Positions 32,361 through 43,192 of a stretch of DNA of 64,000 nt are shown in pieces. Below the pieces are notes generated by a model, which was not told the origin of the DNA, made no database searches, and worked only from the letters and a program-made list of their open reading frames with translations. The DNA comes from Spirochaetia bacterium (GTDB lineage Bacteria > Spirochaetota > Spirochaetia > DSM-16054 > Sediminispirochaetaceae): positions 896,001 through 960,000 of the forward strand of contig JAXHMY010000001.1 in NCBI GenBank assembly GCA_034520965.1, read 5' to 3'. The first letter of the stretch is position 1; each line of letters starts with the position of its first letter. The translations under genes and the position numbers were made by a program.

Positions 32361-33320
32361 CTATTTCTCCAGCAGGTGCACGGCAAAACCGGCGATTTCA
32401 TCCTGCAGGAAAAGCGCCTTTACCCGGCCGTCCTTCTCCACCGCGTTCTGATGGTCCAGGGCAAAACCCTTGCGCTCCAGAAAAGCCGCCGCCCGGGTAA
32501 TATTGGTAGTGCCGATTGCAATGTGGCCGTAGGTACCGCGACCCGGTACCTTCATTAGCTCTACCGCACCGCCTACCATCACCGACTTCTCACTCTCCCC
32601 CGGTGTCCCCGGAAAAAAGGTAGAAAAAAGAGCTACCCCCCTCTTGGCTGCCGCTTCATCGCCGGTGTTTATACCAATATGCTGCAGCGAAAAGCCCAGC
32701 ATCGAGACCACCGCCTCGCGGGAGAGCCTAGTCACTTCTTCAAACCGCTCTTCGGCAATAAACTCGGGCTTTACCATCCAGCTGCCGCCGATTGCCAGAA
32801 CCTTGGAAAAACCGAGGTAGTCATGCATATTCGACGTCTTTATCCCACCGGTAGGAATAAAATGCAGGTTGTTATAAGGCGCCGACATAGCCTTTAACAT
32901 CGCCATCCCGCCGGAAGCCTCCGCCGGAAAAAACTTCAGTACCTCCAGCCCCTTGTACAAACCCTGCTCAATCTGGGACGGAGAGTTTACCCCAGGAGTA
33001 ACCGGTACCCCGTGCTCCAGACAGTAATCGACTACCGGCTCGTTAAAGCCCGGCGACACAATGAACTTGGCCCCCGCTTTTATCGCCTTTTCGGCCTGCT
33101 CGGGAGTTATTACGGTGCCCGCCCCGACCAAAAGGTCCGGCAGATCGCCGGTTAGCCTTTTAATCGACTCTTCGGCGGCGGCGGTGCGAAAGGTTATTTC
33201 GGCCACCGGCAGATCGCCCGCCAACAGTGCCTCGCCTAAAGGCAGCGCATGGGCCGGGGTATCTATCTTTACCACCGGAACAATCCCAAGCGAATGTATT
33301 TTCTGTAAAATTGGATGCAT
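32361..33320 (-). CDS. eda: KDPG/KHG aldolase with a C-terminal extension
   Basis: 'EITFRT', 'GAGTV', 'KFFPAE', 'PTGG', 'GGSW'. Confidence 0.92.
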   Translation of the reverse strand: MHPILQKIHSLGIVPVVKIDTPAHALPLGEALLAGDLPVAEITFRTAAAEESIKRLTGDLPDLLVGAGTVITPEQAEKAIKAGAKFIVSPGFNEPVVDYCLEHGVPVTPGVNSPSQIEQGLYKGLEVLKFFPAEASGGMAMLKAMSAPYNNLHFIPTGGIKTSNMHDYLGFSKVLAIGGSWMVKPEFIAEERFEEVTRLSREAVVSMLGFSLQHIGINTGDEAAAKRGVALFSTFFPGTPGESEKSVMVGGAVELMKVPGRGTYGHIAIGTTNITRAAAFLERKGFALDHQNAVEKDGRVKALFLQDEIAGFAVHLLEK

Positions 33321-33444
33321 CTTATCCCCCTTGTAACAATCTACTTGTAAGCAGTTCTAATATATCAGTATTTTCGCAAATAGTATACCCGAAGTTCCAT
33401 TCTCGGCATTTGAACATCTTTAAAATCATCTTTATACTTTATGT

Positions 33445-34551
33445 ATGTTAGAAATGATTACAAATTACACTTTCCTAGGAAACCCGGCCACGGCGTACCT
33501 CAGGGCTGCGCTGCTTCTGGTAGTCGGAATACTGCTGATTGCGCTCCTGCGGAATACCGTGGGGCGTAAGCTCCGCCGTAAAGGTGAAGAACCGGATGCT
33601 GGCGGGCGGTGGTGGGTGGCACACCTCAGTTTTCGCAGGGTGGTAGTGCCCCTGCTCTATATCGGGGCAGTCTGGATTGCCATTTCCGGGCTATCGCTGG
33701 GAGATACCACCACCCGTATACTGCGGGGAATAATTGCTGCGGTTGGAGCCATAATCGCCGTGCGGGCAATTCTGTTTATGCTGGATACCTCATTAAAGAA
33801 ATATGCCCAGAAAACCGGTCGGGAGGAGGATGAGAAACGGGCTAAACCTCTGTTGTCTCTGATTTCCTTCCTGCTGTGGATGGTTGCCTTCATTTTTCTC
33901 CTGGACAACTTCGGCTTTAATATCTCCACCCTGGTCGCCGGTATCGGTGTCTCCGGTATTGCCATTGCAATTGCCGCCCAGGGAATTTTGGGAGACCTGT
34001 TTAACTATTTCGTAATCTTTTTCGACCGCCCCTTTGAGCTGGGCGATTTTATCATCTTTGACGACAAACTGGGGAGCATAGAAAAAATAGGCATCAAAAC
34101 CACCCGCATTAGGGCCTTGTCGGGAGAACAGCTGATTGTCTCAAACTCAAACCTGGTCAATGCCCGGGTCCATAATTACAAGCGTATGCAGCGGCGGCGA
34201 GTGGTATTTCGGATTGGAGTCACCTACCAGACCCCCCTAGAACAATTGAAGGAAATTCCGGAAATGATCCGCGGCTTTATTGAGTCTATTGAGCAGGCTC
34301 AGTTTGACCGCTCCCACTTCCAGGGCTACGGCGATTTCGCGCTGACCTTTGAAACGGTGTACTATGTGCTTACCCCCGACTATGCGGTGTATATGGACAT
34401 CCAGCAAGAGATCAACCTGAAAATTTTTGAAGCCTTCGCTGCCAAGGGAATCGATTTTGCCTATCCTACCCAGACTCTTTACATCGAAACCCCGGGGAAG
34501 GAACCAGAGACAAATAAAATCGGGTTTTCTGATTCCAGCCGCCTGGAATAG
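33445..34551 (+). CDS. mscS: Small-conductance mechanosensitive channel family protein
   Basis: 'AGIGVSGIAIAIAAQ', 'DRPFELGDFI', 'FAYPTQT'. Confidence 0.9.
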   Translation: MLEMITNYTFLGNPATAYLRAALLLVVGILLIALLRNTVGRKLRRKGEEPDAGGRWWVAHLSFRRVVVPLLYIGAVWIAISGLSLGDTTTRILRGIIAAVGAIIAVRAILFMLDTSLKKYAQKTGREEDEKRAKPLLSLISFLLWMVAFIFLLDNFGFNISTLVAGIGVSGIAIAIAAQGILGDLFNYFVIFFDRPFELGDFIIFDDKLGSIEKIGIKTTRIRALSGEQLIVSNSNLVNARVHNYKRMQRRRVVFRIGVTYQTPLEQLKEIPEMIRGFIESIEQAQFDRSHFQGYGDFALTFETVYYVLTPDYAVYMDIQQEINLKIFEAFAAKGIDFAYPTQTLYIETPGKEPETNKIGFSDSSRLE

Positions 34552-34573
34552 CATCCGACTGGAAGGAGGCGAT

Positions 34574-35356
34574 ATGTTTACAGCCCAAGAATCACTGGCA
34601 GTTATACAGCCGGAAGAAGTAGAGCGGCTGATTGTCTTTGGCGACCTGCACGGCGACCTCAATGCCCTGCGCAACGGCATGGCCCTGCGCGGGCCGAAGG
34701 ACCTTTTGATATTTCTAGGTGACTATGCGGACCGAGGGCCGGCGGGGATCGAAGTTATTGAAGGCATTCAGGAACTCCGGTCACGGATTCCGAATAAGGT
34801 GATAAGCCTGATGGGCAATCACGAGGATTACACCGAAGCCGGAGAACCCACCTTCAGCCCCTGCACCTTGATTGACGAGGCCATCCGCAAGCGGAACAGC
34901 TGGGATCTGTTTTTTCCCGAGTTTAAAAACTTCACCGACCAGCTTTTTCTATCTGCTCTGTTACCGGGGCAGGCGCTGTTCGTGCATGGGGGGATCAATT
35001 CACACATTAACTCGGTAGAGGATCTGCGTTTGCCCGGCCCGGCACTGCGCCGGGAGCTGCTGTGGAACGACCCCTATCCCCAGGAGGGCGAGGCTCCCAG
35101 CATGCGCGGGGCCGGCACCATGTTTGGCCCGGATATCAGCCGCAGCGTCCTAGAACGGCTGGAGACAGCCTGCTTAATCCGCAGCCACGAACCGCGTAAA
35201 GCCCTTCAAGGGCCGTACGTAGAGCATGAGGGGCGGGTGATTACCACCAGCTCCACGGCTATCTATGACGGCCGACCCTTTGTACTGGTCCTGGAGCTGG
35301 AGGACTTTCCTGCAAGCGAAGAGGCCTTTCACGAAGCGGCGGTCTTTCTTGATTAA
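34574..35356 (+). CDS. PPP-family Ser/Thr protein phosphatase (metallophosphoesterase)
   Basis: GDLHG, GDYADRG, GNHE, HGG, LLWNDP, IRSHE. Confidence 0.88.
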   Translation: MFTAQESLAVIQPEEVERLIVFGDLHGDLNALRNGMALRGPKDLLIFLGDYADRGPAGIEVIEGIQELRSRIPNKVISLMGNHEDYTEAGEPTFSPCTLIDEAIRKRNSWDLFFPEFKNFTDQLFLSALLPGQALFVHGGINSHINSVEDLRLPGPALRRELLWNDPYPQEGEAPSMRGAGTMFGPDISRSVLERLETACLIRSHEPRKALQGPYVEHEGRVITTSSTAIYDGRPFVLVLELEDFPASEEAFHEAAVFLD

Positions 35357-36384
35357 AATCGATAACTCGCCCATTCAACCCCATGACATCCTGCTTGCTC
35401 CAATGGCTGAAATCTCCCACGGCGGTTTCCGCCGCCTCTGCGATGAGTTCGGCGGATATGACTGGTATTTTACCGAAATGCTGTCCGCCGCCGGCGTGGT
35501 CAGCACCTCGCGCTATACCTCCTGGTATTTTGATTTTGGCCCTTACCCCAAGAAAACCTTTGTACAGCTGGCCGGGAACAATCCGGACCTGTTTTATCGG
35601 GCCGCCGAAAAAATATTAACCGCAGATATTGCCGGCATCGACATAAACATGGGCTGTTCAGTTCATCACATCCGCAGCCGCGGCTGGGGAGTGGAGCTGA
35701 TGAACCGCCCTGAGACCGCCCTTGAAATTGTGCAGCTGCTAAAGCCCCTGACAGACAGCCGCCCGCTCTCGGTAAAACTGCGCATCGGCAAAGAGGAGAA
35801 CCCTGATGAGCTGCTGAGGTTCTGTAACACCCTGGTCGAAGCCGGGGTTGCCTTTATTACTCTTAACCCCCGAACCAGCAAGACCAATCGTAACCGTCCC
35901 GGAGACTGGAAGTATGTAGACCTGCTGCGCCGGGAGCTGCCGGTTCCGGTCATCGGGAACGGGGAGATAGTCGGCCGCACGTCGTACCTCTCCCGGCAAG
36001 AGAGTGCCGGTGAGGGGCCTGTGATGATCGGACGGGGAGCTGTTCAGAAACCGTGGATAGCCGCCGCGCTCAAAAAGCCGGAGTCGAAGCCGGAGGCGAA
36101 CCTACAGCCTGCAACGGGGTACGGGCCCTCGATGCTCACCGAAGACGGACAGGTTGACCTGCAGGCTGTAATAGAGAGGTTTTTGGATCTGCTGGAGACG
36201 CATCAGCCGGAGGATTTTCATGTATCCCGGGGGCGGCGCTTTTTTTTATTTCTGTGATAACTTCAAATTCGGCCACCGGGTGAAGATGGACATCCAAAAC
36301 GCCTCCGACCTGCCGACTATTCGCTCTTTAGCCCTGGACTACCTTAGCCGCAACCCCAAAGAGCGCTACAAAGCCATAGACTAG
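35349..36384 (+). CDS. dus: tRNA-dihydrouridine synthase family protein (frameshift in the T-run near 36245)
   Basis: 'LAPMA', 'DINMGC', 'SVKLRIG', 'IGNGEI', 'MIGRGA'. The alternative frame continues to …KAID* at 36384. Confidence 0.85.
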
Positions 36385-36434
36385 GCCATAAAATAGGATT
36401 GACGCCGTGGACAAAGGGTCCTACTATTATTGGC

Positions 36435-37043
36435 ATGGAAAAGAGAGTCGACTTTAAGCCTAGACGAAGTTTACGAACCGCCCGGGTACTGATAGCATTA
36501 ATTGGCGCCTTTCTCGTGTTTGGGGTAATCATGTTTTTCTGGACAGACCCCCGGTTCGGTTTGACTATGGCCCTTATTTCGGCAGTAATGATGGGGGTAA
36601 TCCTCATAGAAACCGCCCGTATCGGCTGGCTCTACTCACTTGACTCCAGCGGGATTTACATAAAAAGGACTTTCAAGCGGTATCATCTGCCCACAGAACT
36701 TATCTCCGAGGTTAAGCTAATCGACTGGAAACATGCCAAGCGGGTAGTCGACGAGGCGCAGCTCGGATTTGCCGGTTCTGCGGCCGCCTCCCAGGAGGGC
36801 AATGTGAAGGGCAGTGTCAAAACCCAGATAGAGATAGGCCGGCTTATAGGCTTTAGCTCAATCCCCTTCAATGTCTCCCAAAAACGCTTTAGTAAACCCG
36901 GGAATGGAAGCAATACAGCTGCGCACAGCCAGGCAAAATTTATTCTGGTACACCGTACAGACGGCCGCCGTTATCTGCTCAGTCCGCAGGATACTGCCGG
37001 TTTTCTAAAAGCCTGCCGCAAGTTCAAAATCGGGGGCAAATAG
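36435..37043 (+). CDS. Membrane protein with a bacterial PH-like domain
   Basis: Two N-terminal TM helices; C-terminal 'RYLLSPQD..GFL'. Confidence 0.65.
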   Translation: MEKRVDFKPRRSLRTARVLIALIGAFLVFGVIMFFWTDPRFGLTMALISAVMMGVILIETARIGWLYSLDSSGIYIKRTFKRYHLPTELISEVKLIDWKHAKRVVDEAQLGFAGSAAASQEGNVKGSVKTQIEIGRLIGFSSIPFNVSQKRFSKPGNGSNTAAHSQAKFILVHRTDGRRYLLSPQDTAGFLKACRKFKIGGK

Positions 37044-37071
37044 GCATCCCAAGCCCCGGTTCTTGTCCTAT

Positions 37072-37773
37072 TTATACTCCCAGGAGCTGGGGTATTTCCT
37101 TCAGGTGCCGAATATGGTAATCGATATACTGACCGTACTCTCCTGCATCCGCCTGGGCGGGGTTGTACCAGCAGGTCTTTAGTCCGTACTGTTTTCCGCC
37201 CTTAATATCGGAGACAAGGTTATCCCCGATAATCAGCACCGATTCGGGGGCGGGATTACCCAAGCGCTCCAGGGCTCGATCGAAAATGAGGGGGTCCGGC
37301 TTTTTGGCCCCCAGCTCGTCGGAGATAAAAATATCCTCAAAAAACTCTTCCAGTTCGGTTACGCCGATTCGCTGGTGCTGGGTATCTTTAAAGCCGTTGG
37401 TAATAATTGATTTTCTGATCTCCGGAAAACCATGCAGATACTCCAGCATTTCGCGGGCTCCCGCCTCCAGCTGCTTGGACTGGGAGAAGTAGTGCAGGTA
37501 GGTTTCGCTAAACTGTGCCGCCGATACGTCTGTGACGATACCCCCCTTTTCAAGCAGCAATTCAAAACGCCGGATCCGCAGCTCGGCGGAGCTTATTTCT
37601 CCGGTTTCGATCAAACGCCACAGCTTGCGGTTCTCCCGGCGATAGATTTCGAACAGCCGCGGCTCGGGGCTTATCCCGTATTCTTCCAAGGCTCCTGTAA
37701 GGCCGTGCTCCTCGGCGGCGTCATAACTTATAAGGGTATCGTCAAAATCAAACAACAGAATATTCATATGCAT
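37072..37773 (-). CDS. yjjG: YjjG-family HAD pyrimidine nucleotidase
   Basis: 'FDFDDTL', 'ITNGF', 'KPDP', 'IGDNLVSDIKG'. Confidence 0.88.
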   Translation of the reverse strand: MHMNILLFDFDDTLISYDAAEEHGLTGALEEYGISPEPRLFEIYRRENRKLWRLIETGEISSAELRIRRFELLLEKGGIVTDVSAAQFSETYLHYFSQSKQLEAGAREMLEYLHGFPEIRKSIITNGFKDTQHQRIGVTELEEFFEDIFISDELGAKKPDPLIFDRALERLGNPAPESVLIIGDNLVSDIKGGKQYGLKTCWYNPAQADAGEYGQYIDYHIRHLKEIPQLLGV

Positions 37774-38847
37774 CTATTCCCTCTTCCAGTTGTGCTCCGC
37801 CGTTATCCGGCGGTGAGCTTTATTTACTTCTTCCATGCGCAGCTGCCCCAGAAAGGGCAGCTGCAGCGCTCTTTCCTGGGAGGTAACCACCGGAAAGCGG
37901 TAAAACTCGTTATAGTGCTTAGGCTCTCCCTTTTCAGCGGCAAACCCCTCAATAAACTCTTGATGCCGCTGCAGCCGGGCACGGGTGTATTCGTTCAACT
38001 CCTCTACTTCACCTAGCATCCGCTCCTGGGCATGGTCTACAAAGGCCGGCTCCAGCTCTATTCCGATAGAATTCCGCCCGCCGGCCATAGCCGCCAGAAG
38101 GGTGGTGCCTGTGCCTGCAAAGGGATCGAGCACCACATCTTCCTGCACAGAATACATATGGGTCAGCCGATAGGCAAGTTCAAAGGGAAAGGCTCCGCTG
38201 CGGGCCCGGGGGCCCTTATGCAGCTGTCGGCTGCCCTTAAAGTCCCACACATCCGAAAACCACCGGTTCCGTTCTTCCCACAACAGCGCACTGCGGCGGC
38301 GGTTCTGCCGGGCGGCCTCGGACTGAAAAAGACGTTTCACGCCCTTGCGAAATATCAATACATACTCGTGTTCAAGGGTTACATACGCTCCGGCAGGCAG
38401 CATCCCCGAGCCCATAAATTTGTTAGGAGCGTTGGTCTGCTTGCGCCACAGTATGAGGGGCAGCATGGAGAGGCCCAACGAATGGAGGGAGGAGATTATA
38501 CGGCTGTGATTGCCGTACATGCGAAACTCTCCATTAAGGCTGCGGGCGGCGTCTCCGATATTCACACACATAAAGCCCCCCTCCGTAAGTACCCTGGCAC
38601 ACTCCTGCCAGGTGCGGTCCAGCTGCCGGTGCATCGCCTCCCATGCCTGCAGCCCCTCATTCCGCTCCAGTGCGGCTGCAACTTCAGCGTCACCGGCGGA
38701 AAATTGTTCATCCCACATGGCGATCATCGGATAGGGTGGTGAGGTTACAATCAGGTTGACTGATTTGTCATTGATATTTTCCATTCGCCGTGAATCGGCA
38801 CAGTACAGCTGGTGAACACTTTGCATGGCAGAGAGTCTATACTTCAT
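37774..38847 (-). CDS. Orphan beta-class N4/N6 DNA methyltransferase
   Basis: Motif IV 'TSPPY' precedes motif I 'DPFAGTGTT'. Confidence 0.9.
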   Translation of the reverse strand: MKYRLSAMQSVHQLYCADSRRMENINDKSVNLIVTSPPYPMIAMWDEQFSAGDAEVAAALERNEGLQAWEAMHRQLDRTWQECARVLTEGGFMCVNIGDAARSLNGEFRMYGNHSRIISSLHSLGLSMLPLILWRKQTNAPNKFMGSGMLPAGAYVTLEHEYVLIFRKGVKRLFQSEAARQNRRRSALLWEERNRWFSDVWDFKGSRQLHKGPRARSGAFPFELAYRLTHMYSVQEDVVLDPFAGTGTTLLAAMAGGRNSIGIELEPAFVDHAQERMLGEVEELNEYTRARLQRHQEFIEGFAAEKGEPKHYNEFYRFPVVTSQERALQLPFLGQLRMEEVNKAHRRITAEHNWKRE

Positions 38848-38938
38848 GTTCTAATCCGGCAAGTATTACTCACGTTGATTTTAGCCCCTTTATTTATTAC
38901 GCTATATATAGCATTAAAATAAAAAAAGGAGAAACAGG

Positions 38939-39667
38939 ATGCAACACATAGTTATTACCGGAGCAAGTACCGGAATCGGGGCGGCGACGGCACGCGACCT
39001 GGCCCCCGGAAATACAGTTTTCGTGCATTATCACCGCAGTAAAAATGAGGCCCAGGCGGTAGCGAAGGATGTAGAAGCCGCCGGTGGTACCCCAATTCTA
39101 ATTCAGGCCGACCTGGCCACCGATGCCGGCTGCGGAAAGCTGGCCGACGAGGTAAAGGCCCGCACCGATACCCTGGATGTGCTGGTTAACAACGCCGGAG
39201 ATCTGCTGGATCGGCACTCCCTGGAGGAGACTACCTGGGACATCGCCACCCGTACCTTCGAGCTCAATGTGTTCTCGGTGATGCGGGTTACCGCCCTGCT
39301 CCTGCCCTTGCTCAAAAAGGCGGAGAAGGCCAATATTATCAACATTTCTTCGGTAGCCGCCCGCAACGGTTCTCCTACCGCAATAACCTATGCCTCGGCC
39401 AAGGGAGCGGTAGACACCTACACCCGCGGCGCGGCCAAGGGTCTGGCTCCCTCGATTAGGGTGAATGCAATTGCCCCGGGAATTATTCTTACCCCCTTTC
39501 ATGACAAGGCTACCCCGAAGGACCAATTAGAGAAGTTTATGAAAGCCACCCCCGTGGGTTATGCCGGACAGCCGGAGGAAATTGCCCGGGCTATCCGCTT
39601 TGTCCTTGAGACGCCCTTTATGACCGGTGAGACAATCGATATCAACGGCGGCATGAATATGCGATAG
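38939..39667 (+). CDS. SDR family oxidoreductase
   Basis: TGASTGIG, NNAG, YASAK. Confidence 0.9.
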   Translation: MQHIVITGASTGIGAATARDLAPGNTVFVHYHRSKNEAQAVAKDVEAAGGTPILIQADLATDAGCGKLADEVKARTDTLDVLVNNAGDLLDRHSLEETTWDIATRTFELNVFSVMRVTALLLPLLKKAEKANIINISSVAARNGSPTAITYASAKGAVDTYTRGAAKGLAPSIRVNAIAPGIILTPFHDKATPKDQLEKFMKATPVGYAGQPEEIARAIRFVLETPFMTGETIDINGGMNMR

Positions 39668-39678
39668 GCCGGCTGGGC

Positions 39679-40119
39679 CTATCTGTTACCGGCTGCGTCA
39701 AGCAGCCGGTAGTAGAGGCGGTTCAAACCGTTTTTGCGTTCAAAGGAGGGCACCAAGCCCTGGGGAAGGTAGCTGTGAAACTTTGGTTTGACGCTGCGGA
39801 TCTCCTCGATACTGCCGCCCTGGTATACCTCGGCAAAGACCGCCAGCACCCCCTGCAACACCTGGGAATCGCTATTGACCCGTATATAGATACTGTTCTG
39901 CCGGGTATTCATAAAGAGGTAGCGCACCGTAATGGAACACTCTTCGAATAGATTGCCCTCCTCTCTCTCGTCTTCCGAAAAGGGTAGCTGGGAACGACCG
40001 AAATTGATAAGGTACTCCATAATCTCGAAGGAGTTTTTCAGGTCGTCCAGCAGATAGATAAACTGCTTTTGGCGTTCCCCTGGATGTAAGTGCGATATTG
40101 TCCCCGGCAGTCGTTCCAT
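39679..40119 (-). CDS. sufE: SufE-like sulfur acceptor protein
   Basis: 'YLINFGRSQLP', single Cys, 'SDSQVLQGVLA', 'RKNGL'. Confidence 0.65.
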   Translation of the reverse strand: MERLPGTISHLHPGERQKQFIYLLDDLKNSFEIMEYLINFGRSQLPFSEDEREEGNLFEECSITVRYLFMNTRQNSIYIRVNSDSQVLQGVLAVFAEVYQGGSIEEIRSVKPKFHSYLPQGLVPSFERKNGLNRLYYRLLDAAGNR

Positions 40120-40238
40120 AGGCTTTCGATACGTATTATATAACGGCTTTCTTAATATTGAAAATAATTTTTGTAAAGATGTGATAGCTCCTGGTGTGAA
40201 CTATCGCACAAACCCCGTTTTTTAGATACACTGCTCCC

Positions 40239-40778
40239 ATGCAAAGCGATACATCACAAACAAATGGACGTCCGGTAGCAAGCCGGTCGATAGAGATGGA
40301 AAGTTACGAATGCGGCCCGGGCCGCATTATTACCAAAGGTATTCTGCGGGACGACCGTCATATACAGTTCAACGGCTTTAACGGCGAGGCCCAGCCCACG
40401 GGGCGCTTCCACAGCATCAAAGCCGGCATAGAGATTGATGTGGAGAGCATGCGAATCGAGCAGATCAATGTCGAGCTGCAGGATGTTCCCCATGCCGAAT
40501 GCCGGGAGCTGGGCAGCCGGTATTCCCAGCTGCAGGGGCTGCACATCGAATCAGGTTTTACCCGGGCGGTACTGAAGCTGCTGGGGGGCAATAAGGGCTG
40601 TGCCCACCTGACTCATTTGATTATCACCATGGGACCGGCGATGGTACAGGCCGCCTTCACTTATCAGACCCGCTCAGAGGCCTCGGAGACTCCCAGCCGG
40701 GAGCAGGTGCACAACTACTTTATCGACAGCTGCCACATCTGGCGGGCCGGCGGTAAGTATGCTCTGAAGCACGGATAG
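40239..40778 (+). CDS. DUF2889-like protein
   Basis: 'VPHAEC', 'GGNKGCAHLTHL', 'IDSCH.W'. Confidence 0.8.
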   Translation: MQSDTSQTNGRPVASRSIEMESYECGPGRIITKGILRDDRHIQFNGFNGEAQPTGRFHSIKAGIEIDVESMRIEQINVELQDVPHAECRELGSRYSQLQGLHIESGFTRAVLKLLGGNKGCAHLTHLIITMGPAMVQAAFTYQTRSEASETPSREQVHNYFIDSCHIWRAGGKYALKHG

Positions 40779-40793
40779 AAGGGGCAGTATCGG

Positions 40794-41546
40794 ATGGCAC
40801 AACTAATAGTAACGGATTTTGACGGGGTGGTATGCGACAGCGTGCTCGAGTGTCTGCTGGCGGCGCATAACGCCTGGGAACAACTGCAGGGCGGAACCGG
40901 TTCGCAGCGGATTCTAGACGTTGATACTATCCCGAGCCAACGGCAAAGCCGTTACCGGGAACTGCGGTCGTACCTGCGCGGGGCCGAGGACTTTATTCCC
41001 CTGTTTCTGACGGTGGAGCGGGAGCTGGAAGTGAGCTCACAGAGCGATTTTGATCTGCTCCGCCGCCGCCTCCGCAACCAGCTGCCGCTGTACCAACAGG
41101 CATTCTACACTGAAAGGGATTACCTGCGCCGGGAACACCGGGAGCTCTGGCTGGAACTGAACCCCCTGTTTACGCCGATCGACAGGGCTCTGGGCAGCCG
41201 AGCCACCTTCGAGGATGTGCACATTCTTACCACCAAGCGGCAGGCAGATGTGGAGGACATACTCGGGTTTCACGGCATAGCCTTTCCCTCCGGGCAGATT
41301 CATTCGGTACAGTCGGACGGTAAGATAGAGCGGCTCCGGGCCATTATGGAGTCGACCGGAGCAGCACCGGCCCGCACCCTGTATGTGGAAGACCAGATCG
41401 ATTATCTGATTTCCGCCGCGCCCCTGGGCGTAGAGGTGCTGCTGGCCGAATGGGGATATGTGTCCGAGGAGCAGCGCAGCGCAGCGGTAGAACAAAAAAT
41501 ACCCCTGCTGAGCCGGGAGGAGCTTGCCGAACTGCTGCTGGACTGA
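40794..41546 (+). CDS. HAD family hydrolase
   Basis: 'DFDGVVCDS', 'TTK', 'VEDQ', 'WGY'. Confidence 0.85.
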   Translation: MAQLIVTDFDGVVCDSVLECLLAAHNAWEQLQGGTGSQRILDVDTIPSQRQSRYRELRSYLRGAEDFIPLFLTVERELEVSSQSDFDLLRRRLRNQLPLYQQAFYTERDYLRREHRELWLELNPLFTPIDRALGSRATFEDVHILTTKRQADVEDILGFHGIAFPSGQIHSVQSDGKIERLRAIMESTGAAPARTLYVEDQIDYLISAAPLGVEVLLAEWGYVSEEQRSAAVEQKIPLLSREELAELLLD

Positions 41547-41688
41547 GCTGGACTAAGCGAGATTGTGGTGAGCAAGAGCATTAATCCAAGTACAGCCTTA
41601 TTGAGTGCCCCCTTATCTGCCGAAGGGGCCGCCTAGAGCAGGCCCCTCGGGGAAGGGTGCTGCACAGCTTCCTCCATAAAAAAACCAC

Positions 41689-41720
41689 AAAAAAAACCGC
41701 CCCCCGAGTACGAGGAGCGG
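41689..41720 (-). terminator. Terminator of the NSS transporter operon
   Basis: Minus strand CCGCTCCTCG-TACT-CGGGGGGCGG followed by T8. Confidence 0.65.
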
Positions 41721-41739
41721 CGAACAGAAGAAAATGTAA

Positions 41740-43107
41740 TTAGAATGCCAAGAGTCCGATACTGGAGAGGAAAATTACAAAGATGAAAATGGGGATGATG
41801 TAGCGCACCAGGAAGAACCAGGTGTTTGCTACGCCCCGTACAGATTCCAGTTTACCGTCGTTGGTAATTTCATCGGTGGCGCCCTTCTTTTTCCAGAACC
41901 AGCCCACTGCGATTGAAGCACCCAGGGTACCCAAGGGCAAGCTGATGTTGCTTCCGAAGTAGTCGAAGAGGCCGAAAATGTTCTGGCCAAAGATGGTAAA
42001 GCTGCCCCAGATACCGAAGCTGAAGGATACGGCAATTCCCATCACGAAGGATATACCGCCGACCAAAAGGGCTGCCTTAGGACGGGCCATGCCCCTCTTT
42101 TCGATGATGTAGGCGACCGGCATTTCCAGGATCGAGATAGAACTGGTAAGGGCCGCAACAAACACGAGTACAAAGAAAATAAATGAGAATAGTGCACCCA
42201 AAGGCATCTGGCTAAAGATTGCCGGGAGGGTGATGAACAGCAGGCCAACGCCCTGTCCTGGCTCCATGCCGAAGGCAAAGATGGCCGGGAAGATCATTAG
42301 ACCGGCGATGAGTGCGATCGCGGTATCGGTGATGCTCACCTGCAGCGCGGTTTTCGCAAGGTTGTCCTGACGCTTCAGATAACTGGCGTAGGTTACCATA
42401 CCCGACATACCGACACTCAGTGAGAAGAAGACCTGACCGAGGGCTGCAACGATAACGCTGAGGTTGATTGCAGAGAAGTCCGGTTTGAGGTACCAGCCGA
42501 CACCGGCCAAAGCGCCGGGCAGGGTCATAGCACGAACCACCAGAATCAGCATCATGACGAACAGCGCCGGCATGAGGATTTTGGCCCATTTTTCAATTCC
42601 GTGCTCAATACCACTGGCTATGATGTACACCGTAGCGCCCATAAACAGGAAGTGGTAGATAAGCGGGACTATCGGGTTACTGATAAAGTTCCCGAAAAAA
42701 CCGCCCATTTCGTCCGGTGCAAGCTTGAACAGACCGGTGAAGGAACTGAGTGCATAGTGAATCGTCCACCCACCGACTACCGAAAAATAGGACAGGAATA
42801 TGAAGGCCGTAAAAAAGCCTAAATATCCGACCCAGACCATTTTGGGGCTGATTTTTCGATAGCTGTCAACTGCATTCGCCTTCCCGCTTCTTCCAACCGT
42901 AAACTCTACCAGCAAGAGACTTACTCCGACAACGATCATGATAAGCAGGTAGACCAGTACAAAGGCACCACCGCCGCTGGTTCCCGTCATGTAAGGGAAA
43001 CGCCACAGGTTTCCAAGGCCTACTGCCGAACCCGCAGTGGCAAGTACAAAGCCGATGTTAGAGGTAAAATTACCCCGCTTCGACCCGTCCATTTGTGTAT
43101 CCGCCAT
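41740..43107 (-). CDS. Sodium-dependent transporter (NSS/SNF family)
   Basis: 'GSAVGLGNLWRFPY', 'GQVFFSLS', 'AALTSSIS'. Confidence 0.93.
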   Translation of the reverse strand: MADTQMDGSKRGNFTSNIGFVLATAGSAVGLGNLWRFPYMTGTSGGGAFVLVYLLIMIVVGVSLLLVEFTVGRSGKANAVDSYRKISPKMVWVGYLGFFTAFIFLSYFSVVGGWTIHYALSSFTGLFKLAPDEMGGFFGNFISNPIVPLIYHFLFMGATVYIIASGIEHGIEKWAKILMPALFVMMLILVVRAMTLPGALAGVGWYLKPDFSAINLSVIVAALGQVFFSLSVGMSGMVTYASYLKRQDNLAKTALQVSITDTAIALIAGLMIFPAIFAFGMEPGQGVGLLFITLPAIFSQMPLGALFSFIFFVLVFVAALTSSISILEMPVAYIIEKRGMARPKAALLVGGISFVMGIAVSFSFGIWGSFTIFGQNIFGLFDYFGSNISLPLGTLGASIAVGWFWKKKGATDEITNDGKLESVRGVANTWFFLVRYIIPIFIFVIFLSSIGLLAF

Positions 43108-43192
43108 AGAACACTCCTTATAATTAAGTTCTATATAATTTAGCCGCCGAATAATCGGCAGCGCTATTTTGCGCTTACCGCGCTTACCGCGT

